Part shown: positions 37,072 through 51,016 of the stretch, piece after piece | Layout of the letters: each line of letters starts with the position of its first letter | Position numbering within the stretch: the first letter of the stretch is position 1 | NCBI RefSeq assembly: GCF_006345805.1 | Contig: NC_043023.1 | Span: forward strand, 19,902,001-19,966,000 | DNA: 64,000 bases | Direction of reading: 5' to 3' | Source of the DNA: Octopus sinensis | Lineage: Eukaryota | Translations under genes and position numbers: made by a program | The notes under the pieces: generated by a model | The model's database searches: none | The model's input: only the letters and a program-made list of their open reading frames with translations | What the model was told of the DNA's origin: nothing

Positions 37072-38226
37072 AGATTTCTAGCAGATCTAGCTACCATGTA
37101 GAGGTCTCTCTCATTGGCTCATACATACATATATACTTAGATAAGAGAGTAGGGTGTGATTTGAGGGAGATATGGCTGCTATTTCTAGCAGGTCTAGCTA
37201 CCATGTAGAGGTCTCCCTCATTGGCTCATGCATACATATATACATAGATAAGAGAGTAGGGTGTGATTTGAGGGAGATTTGGCTGTTATTTCTACCAGGT
37301 CTAGCTACCATGTAGAGGTCTCCCTCATTGGCTCATACATACATATATACATAGATAAGAGAGTAGGGTGTGATATGAGGGGGATTTGGCTGTTATTTCT
37401 ACCAGGTCTATCTACCATGTAGAGGTCTCCCTCATTGGCTCATACATATATACATAGATAAGAGAGTATGGTGTGATTTGGGGGGAGATTTGGCTGCTAT
37501 TTCTAGCAGGTCTAGCTACCATATAGAGGTCTCCCTCATTGGCTCATACATACATATATACATAGATAAGAGAGTAGGGTGTGATTTGAGGGATATTTGG
37601 CTGCTATTTCTAGCAGGTCTAGCTACCATGTAGAGGTCTCCCTCATTGGCTCATACATACATATATACATAGATAAGAGAGTAGGGTGTGATTTGAGGGA
37701 GATTTGGCAGCTGTTTCTAGCAGGTCTAGCTACCATGTAGAGGTCTCCCTCATTGGCTCATACATACATATATACATAGATAAGAGAGTAGGGTGTGATT
37801 TGGGGAGAGTTTTGGCTGCTACTTCTAGCAGGTCTAGCTACCATGTAGAGGTCTCCCTCATTGGCTCATACATACATATATACATAGATAAGAGAGTAGG
37901 GTGTGATTTGGGGAGAGATTTGGCTGCTATTTCTACCAGGTCTAGCTACCATGTAGAGGTATCCCTCATTGGCTCATACATACATATATACATAGATAAG
38001 AGAGTAGGGTGTGATTTGAGGGAGATTTGGCTGCTATTTCTAGCAGGTCTAGCTACCATGTAGAGGTCTCCCTCATTGGCTCATACATACATATATACAT
38101 AGATAAGAGAGTAGGGTGTGATTTGAGGGAGATTTGGCTGCTATTTCTACCAGGTCTAGCTACCATGTAGAGGTCTCACCCATTGGCTCATACATACACA
38201 TATACATAGATAAGAGAGTAGGGTGT
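37072..38226. repeat. 107-bp satellite, ~11 copies (also 41635-41826, 44895-46154, 51020-51857, 55140-56170)
   Basis: Period measured 37571 to 37678. Confidence 0.97.
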
Positions 38227-38299
38227 GGTGGTATTGGTGGTTGTGGTGGTGGTGATGGTGGTGGTTGCATGTGTTGGCATTATAAAATGCTGGAATCAG

Positions 38300-38331
<32 letters not shown>

Positions 38332-38389
38332 TTCGTTTTTGGATTTGGTTTGCAAGATTCTTTATATGAGTTTGTGTGTTGAAGCATAT

Positions 38390-38666
38390 TCTGTTGTGTC
38401 TGGGGAGGGTCATTCTCTTTCAGTGCCTTATTATTTAACACACTCACCGGTAAAATTTCCACTCATTCCCTTATTTTCATTTTCCTAAGATTTCCGTTGC
38501 GTCTTGCAACCTTTTCAATAGTTGTGGATGAGACAGAAAGTTATCAAAAAGGTTGCAAGATGCAATGAAAATTTTAGGAAGATAAACAAGTAAATGAGTG
38601 GAAATTTGACCAGTGAGTGTGTTAAATAATAAGGCGCTAAAACAGAATGACCCTCCCACGACACAA

Positions 38667-38669
<3 letters not shown>
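38390..38669. repeat. ~130-bp-arm inverted repeat, one per unit
   Basis: ctgttgtgtc..gggagggtcattct...gcaaccttttcaata mirrored by tatcaaaaaggttgc...agaatgaccctccc..gacacaacag. Confidence 0.9.
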
Positions 38670-38702
<33 letters not shown>

Positions 38703-38716
38703 CTATATATATATAT

Positions 38717-39560
38717 GCCAGCCTCGTCTGGCACCTGTGTCGGTGGCACATAAAAACACCATCCGAGCGTAGTCGTCTGCTAGCCTTGTCTGGCACCTGT
38801 GTCGGTGGCACATAAAAACACCATCCGAGCGTGGCCGTTCGCCAGCCTCATCTGGCACCTGTGTCGGTGGCACATAAAAAACACCATCCAAGCGTGACCG
38901 TTCGCCAGCCTCGTCTCGCACCTGTGTCGGTGGCACATAAAAAACACCATCCGAGCGTGGCCGTTCGCCAGCCTCATCTGGCACCTGTGTCGGTGGCACA
39001 TAAAAACACCATCCGAGCGTGGCCGTTCGCCAGCCTCATCTGGCACCTGTGTCGGTGGCACATAAAAAACACCATCCGAGCGTGGCCGTTCGCCAGCCTC
39101 GTCTGGCACCTGTGTCGGTGGCACATAAAAAACACCATCCGAGCGTGGCCGTTCGCCAGCCTCATCTGGCACCTGTGTCGGTGGCACATAAAAAACACCA
39201 TCCGAGCGTGGCCGTTCGCCAGCCTCGTCTGGCACCTGTGTCGGTGGCACATAAAAAACACCATCCGAGCGTGGCCGTTCGCCAGCCTCATCTGGCACCT
39301 GTGTCGGTGGCACATAAAAAACACCATCCGAGCGTGGCCGTTCGCCAGCCTCGTCTGGCACCTGTGTCGGTGGCACATAAAATCACCCACAACACTCTCG
39401 GAGTGGTTGGCGTTAGGAAGGGCATCCAGCTGTAGAAACACTGCCAGATCTGACTGGAGCCTGGTGCATCCTTCGGGCTCCCCAGACCCCAGTTGAACCG
39501 TCCAACCCATACTAACATGGAAAGCGGACGTTAAATGATGATGATGATGATGATGATGAT
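38717..39560 (+). repeat. 62/63-bp satellite expanded inside a SINE/RTE-related element, followed by its (GAT)n tail (also 42342, 47341, 52400, 57407)
   Basis: Unit gccagcctcgtctggcacctgtgtcggtggcacataaaaaacaccatccgagcgtggccgttc; homologous to modules in 22040-22321. Confidence 0.95.
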
Positions 39561-39598
39561 CTATACTTTATTTAAAGCAGCAGAAAATTCAACAAAAC

Positions 39599-39636
39599 CT
39601 GTTACTCTGAGTTTCCCGTTCCCGTTCGCCGGACAG
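39599..39636 (-). ncRNA. Degenerate minimal hammerhead, one per unit
   Basis: CUGU-CCGGCGA-ACGggaaCGG-GAAA-CUCAGAG-UA-ACAG: hammerhead topology with a mutated CUGANGA core. Confidence 0.5.
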
Positions 39637-39710
39637 TTTTTGCTATTACTCTACCACTGGTATTTGAGTACTCTTTTTTCCACCTTGCTTCACATTTATA
39701 CGTTTACTCC

Positions 39711-39749
<39 letters not shown>

Positions 39750-40238
39750 GAGGTGGGGCTGACAGAACAGAACACTGCACCACCACCACTACCTCCACCA
39801 CCTCCACCACCGCCACCACCGCCACTACTGTAACCTCATTCTTCTGGTTAGCACCTCCACCACCACCACCACCCAACCATCATTAACACTATCCTTCCCC
39901 CCCTCCCTGCTCATGCCACTACCACACCCACCACCACCACCAACACTACCACCATTACAACCCCCACCACCACCACCATCACCCTGCCATCATTAACACA
40001 ATCATGCCATGCCAATATCACAACTACCACCACCACCACAACATCACACCACACCAATACTAACTCCTACACAACCTGCCTCCCCCCACGCCAGCTTCAT
40101 TCTACTCCTACAACCACCACCACCACCACTGTCACCAGTACCTCCACCGCAGCCACAACCACCACCACCACAGTCACCATTACCTCCACCGCAGCCACCA
40201 CCACCACCCCCACTGTCACCACTACCTCCACCGCAGCT

Positions 40239-40269
<31 letters not shown>

Positions 40270-40607
40270 GCAACAATAACACAAGCACTCCTGGCATTAT
40301 GTTCCTAAACTCCACAGCCAACCTCACCACCACCACCACCACAACATCACACCATCTCTATACTATCTCCTACACTTCCCAACCACACTTCCGAACCATT
40401 CCCCTTTGATTCCTGCCACGGCTATCACCACAAGACCAGATGAACAAAAACGGTGTATTTAGTATTGTATGAACATAGATATATTTATATACATTTACAG
40501 AGTGTACAGGACTTTTAATATACATACATGCATGCATATATACATATTGCATACACACAGACACAGACACACACACACATATACATGCATATATATATAT
40601 ATATATA

Positions 40608-40754
40608 TTCAACAACATTAAGGAACGGCCCTGATAGGTCATTCGACCCACTAGAAAGAGCAGCCAATACTCAAACTGCTAAACAGTAATAATTAAGAAA
40701 TCAAAGGAAATTTAAAAACATGGCCTATCAGGGCCGTTCCTTAATGTTGTTGAA
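40608..40754. repeat. 35-bp-arm inverted repeat, one per unit
   Basis: ttcaacaacattaaggaacggccctgataggtcat / atggcctatcagggccgttccttaatgttgttgaa. Confidence 0.92.
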
Positions 40755-40911
40755 TTGATATATATATATATATATGCATGTATATATGTGTGTTGAATTT
40801 ATATATATAGTCTGTGACTATTTTCTCTTTCTCACTCGACCGCTGGTGGCCCAAAAATTTCTATTGAATTTTTTGCTACCCTTATATGGATTAATATATA
40901 TATATATATAT

Positions 40912-41131
40912 CATCAACATCATCATCATCATCGTTTAACGTCCGTTTTCCGCGCTAGCACGGGTTGGACGGTTTCGACCGGGGTCTGGGGCTCGGGACT
41001 GCCCCAGGCTCCAGTCTAGTCTGGCAGTGTTTCTACAGCTGGATGCCCTTCCTAACACCAACCACTCCGCGAGTGTAGTGGGTGTTTTTTTACGTGCCAC
41101 CTGCACAGGTGCCAGAGGGGTCTGGCATCGG
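40912..41131 (-). mobile_element. SINE/RTE-related 3' fragment present in only one macrosatellite unit
   Basis: Reverse complement of the 31550-31760 type sequence. Confidence 0.8.
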
Positions 41132-41903
41132 CATATATATATATATATAATATATACATGCATACATACACACACACAATATATATATATATATAAGATA
41201 TATATATATATATATATATAAAATAGGCATAGGAGTGGCTGTGTGGTAAGTAGCTTGCTAACACAACCCATAGTTCCGGGTTCAGTCCCACTGCGTGGCA
41301 TCTTGGGCAAGTGTCTTCTGCTATAGCCCCGGGCCGACCAATGCCTTGTGAGTGGATTTGGTAGACGGAAACTGAAAGAAGCCTGTTGTATATATGTATA
41401 TATATATATATATATATGTATGTGTGGGTGTGTTTGTGTGTCTGTGTTGTCCCCTAGCATTGATTGACAACAGATGCTGGTGTGTTTTCGTCCCCGTCAC
41501 TTAGCGGTTCAGCAAAAGAGACCGATAGAATAAGTACTGGGCTCACAAAGAATAAGTCCCTGGGTCAATTTGGTCGACTAGAGGCGGTGCTCCAGCATAG
41601 TATATATATATATATATATATATATACAAACAACAGATTTCTAGCAGATCTAGCTACCATGTAGAGGTCTCTCTCATTGGCTCATACATACATATATACT
41701 TAGATAAGAGAGTAGGGTGTGATTTGAGGGAGATTTGGCTGCTATTTCTAGCAGGTCTAGCTACCATGTAGAGGTCTCCCTCATTGGCTCATGCATACAT
41801 ATATACATAGATAAGAGAGTAGGGTGTGGTGGTATTGGTGGTTGTGGTGGTGGTGATGGTTGTGGTTGCATGTGTTGGCATTATAAAATGCTGGAATCAG
41901 ATA

Positions 41904-41936
<33 letters not shown>

Positions 41937-42308
41937 ACACACACACATATTTCGTTTTTGGATTTGGTTTGCAAGATTCTTTACATGAGTTTGTGTGTTG
42001 AAGCATATTCTGTCGTGTCTGGGGAGGGTCATTCTCTTTCAGTGCCTTATTATTTAACACACTCACCGGTAAAATTTCCACTCATTCCCTTATTTTCATT
42101 TTCCTAACATTTCCGTTGCATCTTGCAACCTTTTCAATAGTTGTGGATAAGACAGAAAGTTATCAAAAAGGTTGCAAGATGCAATGAAAATTTTAGGAAG
42201 ATAAACAAGTAAATGAGTGGAAATTTGACCAGTGAGTGTGTTAAATAATAAGGCACTAAAAGAGAATGACCCTCCCACAACACAACAGTGTGTGTGTGTG
42301 TGTGTGTG

Positions 42309-42344
<36 letters not shown>

Positions 42345-43079
42345 AGCCTCGTCTGGCACCTGTGTCGGTGGCACATAAAACCACCATCCGAGCGTGGCCG
42401 TTCGCCAGCTTCGTCTGGCACCTGCGGTGGCACATAAAACACCATCCGAGCGTGGCCGTTCGCCAACCTCGTCTCGCACCTGTGTCGGTGGCACATAAAA
42501 ACACATCCGAGCGTGGCCGTTCGCCAGCTTCGTCTGGCACCTGTGTCGGTGGCACAGAAAAACACATCCGAGCGTGGCCGTTCGCCAGCCTCGTCTGGCA
42601 CCTGTGTCGGTGGCACATAAAAAACACCATCCAAGCGTGGCCGTTCGAAGCCTCATCTGGCACCTGTGACGGTGGCACATAATAAACACCATCCGAGCGT
42701 GGCCGTTCGCCAGCCTCGTCTGGCACCTGTGTCGGTGGCACATAAAATCACCCACTACACTCTCGGAGTGGTTGGCGTTAGGAAGGGCATCCAGCTGTAG
42801 AAACACTGCCAGATCTGACTGGAGCCTGGTGCATCCTTCGGGCTCCCCAGACCCCAGATGAACCGTCCAACCCATACTAGCATGGTAAGCGGACGTTAAA
42901 TGATGATGATGTTGATGATGATGATCTATACTTTATTTAAAGCAGCAGAAAATTCAACAAAACCTGTTACTCTGAGTTTCCCATTCCCGTTCGCCGGACA
43001 GTTTTTGCTATTACTCTACCACTGGTATTTGAGTACTCTTTTTTCCACCTTGCTTCACATTTATACGTTTACTCCGGTA

Positions 43080-43165
<86 letters not shown>

Positions 43166-44340
43166 TATATATATATGGGAGGTGGGGCTGACAGAACAGA
43201 ACACTGCACCACCACCACACCTCCACCACCGCCACAACTGTAACCTCATCTTCTGGTTAGCACCTCCACCACCACCACCACCCAACCATCATTAACACTA
43301 TCCCCCCCACCTGCTAATGCCACTACCACACCCACCACCACCACCACCACTACCACCATTACACCGCCACCACACCACCACCATCACCCTGCCATCATTA
43401 ACACAATCATGCCATGCCAATATCACAACTACCACCACCACCACAACATCACACCACACCAATACTAACTCCTACACAACCCGCCTCCCCCCACGCCAGC
43501 TTCATTCTACTCCTACAACCACCACAACCACCACCACCACCACCACTGTCACCATTACCCACCACCGCAGCACCACCACCACCCCCACTGTCACCACTAC
43601 CTCCACCGCAGCTACCACCACCACCACCACCGCCAACAACAACAACAACAACAGCAACAATAACACCAGCACTCCTGGCATTATGTTCCTAACCTCCACA
43701 GCCAACCTCACCACCACCACCACCACCACCACCACCCACCCACACATCACACCACCTCTATACTATCTCCTACACTTCCCAACCACACTTCCGAACCATT
43801 CCCCTTTGATTCCTGCCACGGCTATCACCACAAGACCAGATGAACAAAAACGGTGTATTTAGTATTGTATGAACATAGATATATTTATATACATTTACAG
43901 AGTGTACAGGACTTTTAATATACATACATGCATGCATATATACATATTGCATACACACAGACACAGACACACACACACATATACATGCATATATATATAT
44001 ATATATATTCAACAACATTAAGGAACGGCCCTGATAGGTCATTCGACCCACTAGAAAGAGCAGCCAATACTCAAACCGCTAAACAGTAATAATCAAGAAA
44101 TGAAAGGAAAATTTAAAAACATGGCCTATCAGGGCCGTTCCTTAATGTTGTTGAATTGATATAATATATATATATGCATGTATATATGTGTGTTGAATTT
44201 TATATATAGTCTGTGACTATTTTCTCTTTCTCGCTCGACGGCTGGTGGCCCAAAAATTTCTATTGAATTTTTTGCTACCCTTATATGGATTAATATATAT
44301 ATATATATATATATATACATGCATACATACACACACACAC

Positions 44341-44385
<45 letters not shown>

Positions 44386-44650
44386 CATATATATATATAT
44401 ATATATATAGATATATATATATATATATATATATGAGATATATATATATATATATATGAGATATATATATAATATATATAAAATAGGCATAGGAGTGGCT
44501 GTGTGGTAAGTAGCTTGCTAACCAACCACATAGTTCCGGGTTCAGTCCAACTGCGTGGCATCTTGGGCAGGTGTCTTCTGCTATAGCCCCGGGCCGACCA
44601 ATGCCTTGTGAGTGGATTTGGTAGACGGAAACTGAAAGAAGCCTGTTGTA

Positions 44651-44697
<47 letters not shown>

Positions 44698-46641
44698 TTG
44701 TGTGTCTCTGTTTGTCCCCCTAGCATCGATTGACAACAGATGCTGGTGTGTTTTCATCCCCGTCACTTAGCGGTTCGGCAAAAGAGACCGATAGAATAAG
44801 TACTGGGCTTACAAAGAATAAGTCCCGGGGTCAATTTGGTCGACTAGAGGCGGTGCTCCAGCATGGTATATATATATATATATATATATACAACAGATTT
44901 CTAGCAGATCTAGCTACCATGTAGAGGTCTCTCTCATTGGCTCATACATACATATATGGTTAGATAAGAGATTAGGGTGTGATTTGAGGGAGATTTGGCT
45001 GCTATTTCTAGCAGGTCTAGCTACCATGTAGAGGTCTCCCTCATTGGCTCATACATACATATATACATAGATAAGAGAGTAGGGTGTGATATGAGGGGGA
45101 TTTGGCTGTTATTTCTACCAGGTCTATATACCATGTAGAGGTCTCCCTCATTGGCTCATAAGTATACATAGATAAGAGAGTATGGTGTGATTTGGGGGGA
45201 GATTTGGCTGCTATTTCTAGCAGGTCTAGCTACCATGTAGAGGACTCCCTCATTGGCTCATACATATATACATAGATAAGAGAGTATGGTGTGATTTGGG
45301 GGGAGATTTGGCTGCTATTTCTACCAGGTCTAGCTACCATATAGAGGTCTCCCTCATTGGCTCATACGTACACATATACATAGATAAGAGAGTAGTGTGT
45401 GATTTGAGGGAGATTTGGCTGCTATTTCTTGCAGGTCTAGCTACCATGTAGAGGTCTCCCTCATTGGCTCAAACATACATATATACATAGATAAGTGAGT
45501 AGGGTGTGATTTGGGGGGAGATTTGGCTGCTATTTCTAGCAGGTCTAGCTACCATGTAGAGGTCTCCCTCATTGGCTCATACATACATATATACATAGAT
45601 AAGAGAGTAGGGTGTGATTTGGGGGGAGATTTGGCTGCTATTTCTAGCAGGTCTAGCTACCATGTAGAGGTCTCCCTCATTGGCTCATACATACATATAT
45701 ACATAGATAAGAGAGTAGGGTGTGATTTGAGGGAGATTTGGCTGCTATTTCTAGCAGGTCTAGCTACCATGTAGAGGTCTCCCTCATTGGCTCATACATA
45801 CATATATACATAGATAAGAGAGTAGGGTGTGATTTGAGGGAGATTTGGCTGCTATTTCTACCAGGTCTAGCTACCATGTAGAGGTCTCCCTCATTGGATC
45901 ATACATACATAAATACATAGATAAGATAGTATGGTGTGATTTGAGGGAGATTTGGCTGCTATTTCTACCAGGTCTAGCTACCATGTAGAGGTCTCCCTCA
46001 TTGGCTCATACATACATATATACATACATAGATAAGAGAGTAAGGTGTGATTTGAGGGAAATTTGGCTGCTATTTCTACCAGGTCTAGCTACCATGTAGA
46101 GTTCTCCCTCATTGGCTCATACATACATATATACATAGATAAGAGAGTAGGGTGTGGTGGTATTGGTGGTTGTGGTGGGGGTGATGGTGGTGGTTGCATG
46201 TGTTGGCATTATAAAATGCTGGAATCAGATACACACACACACACACACACACACACATTTCGTTTTTGGATTTGGTTTGCAAGATTCTTTATATGAGTTT
46301 ATGTGTTGAAGCATATTCTGTTGTGTCTGGGGAGGGTCATTCTCTTTCAGTGCCTTATTATTTAACACACTCACCGGTAAAATTTCCACTCATTCCCTTA
46401 TTTTCATTTTCCTAAGATTTCCGTTGCGTCTTGCAACCTTTTCAATAGTTGTGGATAAGACAGAAAGTTATCAAAAAGGTTGCAAGATGCAATGAAAATT
46501 TTAGGAAAATAAACAAGTAAATGAGTGGAAATTTGACCAGTGAGTGTGTTAAATAATAAGGCACTAAAAGAGAATGACCCTCCCACAACACAACAGTGTG
46601 TGTGTGTGTATGTGTGTATGTATATATATATATATATATAT

Positions 46642-47327
46642 ATACTAAGCAATAAGGGTTCAGCAACGAATTGCCTTACCACATACCGAATTTAGAAATA
46701 GCAGTCAAAGAGTTATAGCTATTTCTTCTACTAAAAAGGGAGATCTCAGTAAAAACAGCAATTGGAAGGCAGACACAAACAGGTAACAGAAATGAATTGA
46801 CGGCAATCTATCATACTTTTAAGTTATCTACGGATGTACGTTTCGAAATCAAGTTTTTAGGAAAGCATAAGAATTAATATTAAATAATTCTACCTTACCA
46901 AAACTTCTTTTCTCTTCAGCGTAGAATACTATAATCATAAATGATTATATATTGAATTTTGAGATACTAGAAGGCACCAACTCAACTCAGTATCAGAGCG
47001 AGCTAGAATCCGCAACTAGTATCACTAAATTCAAAGTGTGAGTGAAAAGATTGTGTCACCAGCACCCCCTTCCCAACCGCGTGTAGCCAAAACAAGATGC
47101 TGTGGTCATCTACTGAGATAAAATATGGTTATCCGTAATAATGAAGGGTGAAATTAATTAATTTGGAATAATTATCAATTACACCAAGTAGTCTTCGGCA
47201 TGTAAAAGCCTCATTCGAGGAAAATTTAAGTAATACTAAGCAATAAAGGGTTTAGCAACGAATTGCCTTACCACATACCGAATTTAGAAATAGCAGTCAA
47301 AGAGTTATAGCTATTTCTTCTACTAAA
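46642..47327. mobile_element. Non-coding element with ~94-bp terminal direct repeats and an internal hammerhead (second copy 56713-57391)
   Basis: 46642-46735 repeated at 47233-47327; inserted in (TA)n; absent from the equivalent site at ~38710, 42330 and 52380. Confidence 0.8.
46827..46925 (-). ncRNA. Type I hammerhead, copy with stem III mismatch
   Basis: As 56899-56998 but stem III reads ACGUACAU. Confidence 0.65.
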
Positions 47328-50300
47328 TATATATATATATGCCAGCCTCGTCTGGCACCTGTGTCGGTGGCACATAAAAACACCATCCGAGCGTGGTCGT
47401 CTGCTAGCCTTTTCTGGCACCTGTGTCGGTGGCACATAAAAACACCATCCGAGCGTGGCCGTTCGCCAGCTTCGTCTGGCACCTGTGTCGGTGGCACATA
47501 AAAACCATCCGAGCGTGGACGTTCGCCAACCTCGTCTGGACCTGTGTCGGTGGCACATAAAAAACACCATCCAAGCGTGGCCGTTCGCCAGCCTCGTCTG
47601 GCACCTGTGTCGGTGGCACATATAAAACACCATCCGAGCGTGGCCGTTCGCCAGCCTCGTCTGGCACCTGTGTCGGTGGCACATAAAAAACACCATCCGA
47701 GCGTGGCCGTTCGCCAGCCTCATCTGGCACCTGTGTCGGTGGCACATAAAAAACACCATCCGAGCGTGGCCGTTCTACAGCCTCGTCTGGCACCTGTGTC
47801 GGTGGCACATAAAAACACCATCCGAGCGTGGCCGTTCGCCAGCCTCGTCTGGCACCTGTGTCGGTGGCACATAAAAAAAACACCATCCGAGCGTGGCCGT
47901 TCGCCAGCCTCGTCTGGCACCTGTGTCGGTGGCACATAAAAACACCATCCGAGCGTGGCCGTTCGCCAGCCACCATCTGGCACCTGTGTCGGTGGCACAT
48001 AAAACACACCATCCGAGCGTGGCCGTTCGCCAGCCTCGTCTGGCACCTGTGTCGGTGGCACATAAAAACCAATCCGAGCGTGGCCGTTCGCCAGCCTCAT
48101 CTGGCACCTGTGTCGGTGGCACATAAAAACACCATCCGAGCATGGCCGTTCGCCAGCCTCATCTGGCACCTGTGTCGGTGGCACATAAAAAACACCATCC
48201 GAGCGTGGCCGTTCGCCAGCCTCATCTGGCACCTGTGTCGGTGGCACATAAAACACACCATCCGAGCGTGGCCGTTCGCCAGCCTCGTCTGGCACCTGTG
48301 TCGGTGGCACATAAAAACACCATCCGAGCGTGGCCGTTCGCCAGCCTCGTCTGGCACCTGTGTCGGTGGCACATAAAAAACACCATCCGAGCGTGGCCGT
48401 TCGCCAGCCTCGTCTGGCACCTGTGTCGGTGGCACATAAAAAACACCATCCGAGCGTGGCCGTTCGCCAGCCTCGTCTGGCACCTGTGTCGGTGGCACAT
48501 AAAAAACACCATCCGAGCGTGGCCGTTCGCCAGCCTCGTCTGGCACCTGTGTCGGTGGCACATAAAATCACCCGCTACACTCTCGGAGTGGTTGGTGTTA
48601 GGAAGGGCATCCAGCTGTAGAAACACTGCCAGATCTGACTGGAGCCTGGTGCATCCTTCGGGCTCCCCAGACCCCAGTTGAACCGTCCAACCCATACTAG
48701 CATGGAAAGCGGACGTTAAATGATGATGATGATGATGATGATGATCTATACTTTATTTAAAGCAGCAGAAAATTCAACAAAACCTGTTACTCTGAGTTTC
48801 CCGTTCCCGTTCGCCGGACAGTTTTTGCTTTTACTCTACCACTGGTATTTGAGTACACTTTTTTCCACCTTGCTTCACATTTATACGTTTACTCCGGTAT
48901 ATATATATATATATATATAATATATATGGGAGGTGGGGCTGACAGAACAGAACACTGCACAACCACCACCACCTCCACCACCGCCACTACTGTAACCTCA
49001 TTCTTCTGGTTAGCACCTCCACCACCACCACCACCCAACCATCATTAACACTATTCTCCCCCCCCTCCCTGCTCATGCCACTACCACACCCACCACCACC
49101 ACCACCACCACCACCACCACCACTACAACCATTACAACCCCCACCACCACCACCATCCCCCTGCCATCATTAACACAATCATGCCATGCCAATATCACAA
49201 CTACCACCACCACCACAACATCACACCACACCAATACTGACTCCTACACAACCCGCCTCCCCCCATGCCAGCTTCATTCTACTCCTACAACCACCACCAC
49301 CACCACCACCACCACCACAGTCACCAGTACCCCCACCGCAGCCACCACCACCACCCCCACTGTCACCAGTACCTCCACCGCAGCCACAACCACCACCACC
49401 ACTGTCACCAGTACCTCCACCGCAGCCACAACCACCACCACCACTGTCACCACTACCTCCACCGCAGCTACCACCACCACCCCCACTGTCACCAGTACCT
49501 CCACCGCAGCCACAACCACCACCACCACTGTCACCAGTACCTCCACCGCAGCCACAACCACCACCACCACTGTCACCACTACCTCCACCGCAGCTACCAC
49601 CACCACCCCCACTGTCACCAGTACCTCCACCGCAGCCACCACCACCACCCCCACTGTCACCAGTACCTCCACCGCAGCCACAACCACCACCACCACTGTC
49701 ACCAGTACCTCCACCGCAGCCACAACCACCACCACCACTGTCACCACTACCTCCACCGCAGCCACAACCACCACCACCACCATCAACTACAACAACAACA
49801 ACAACAGCAACAATAACACAAGCACTCCTGGCATTATGTTCATAACCTCCACAGCCAACCTCACCACCACCACCACCACCACCACCACCACAACATCACA
49901 CCACCTCTATACTATCTCCTACACTTCCCAACCACACTTCCGAACCATTCCCCTTTGATTCCTGCCACGGCTATCACCACAAGACCAGATGAACAAAAAC
50001 GGTGTATTTAGTATTGTATGAACATAGATATATTTATATACATTTACAGAGTGTACAGGACTTTTAATATACATACATGCATGCATATATACATATTGCA
50101 TACACACAGACACAGACACACACACACACATATACATGCATATATATATATATATATTCAACAACATTAAGGAACGGCCCTGATAGGTCATTCGACCCAC
50201 TAGAAAGAGCAGCCAATACTCAAACCGCTAAACAGTAATAATTAAGAAATCAAAGGAAAATTTAAAAACATGGCCTATCAGGGCCGTTCCTTAATGTTGT

Positions 50301-50489
50301 TGAATTGATATATATATATATATATGCATGTATATATGTGTGTTGAATTTATATATATAGTCTGTGACTATTTTCTCTTTCTCACTCGACCGCTGGTGGC
50401 CCGAAAATTTCTATTGAATTTTTTGCTACCCTTATATGGATTAATATATATATATATATTATATATATAATATATATACATGCATACAT

Positions 50490-50532
<43 letters not shown>

Positions 50533-50555
50533 ATATATAAATATATATATATGAG

Positions 50556-50587
<32 letters not shown>

Positions 50588-50985
50588 TATATATATATAT
50601 ATATATAAATAGGCACAGGAGTGGCTCTGTGGTAAGTAGCTTGCTAACCAACCACATAGTTCCGGGTTCAGTCCCACTGCGTGGCATCTTGGGCAAGTGT
50701 CTTCTGCTATAGCCCCGGGCTGACCAATGCCTTGTGAGTGGATTTGGTAGACGGAAACTGAAAGAAGCCTGTTGTATATATGTATATATATATATATATA
50801 TATATCTATGTGTGTGTGTTTGTGTGTCTCTGTTTGTCCCCTAGCATTGATTGACAACAGATGCTGGTGTGTTTCATCCCCGTCACTTAGCGGTTCGGCA
50901 AAAGAGACCGATAGAATAAGTACTGGGCTTACAAAGAATAAGTCCCTGGGTCAATTGGTCGACTAGAGGCGGTGCTCCAGCATGG

Positions 50986-51016
<31 letters not shown>

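Noticed and set aside
37072-38226. CRISPR-like array; GCTAGAAATAGC matches the engineered sgRNA tetraloop
   Set aside because: Units are whole tandem repeats with no unique spacers, no cas genes, eukaryotic context; the 12-mer is a generic GAAA hairpin.
38703-39510. Repetitive ORFs (MPPTQVPDEAGERPRSDG...)
   Set aside because: 63-bp satellite; frame shifts freely with A-tract length.
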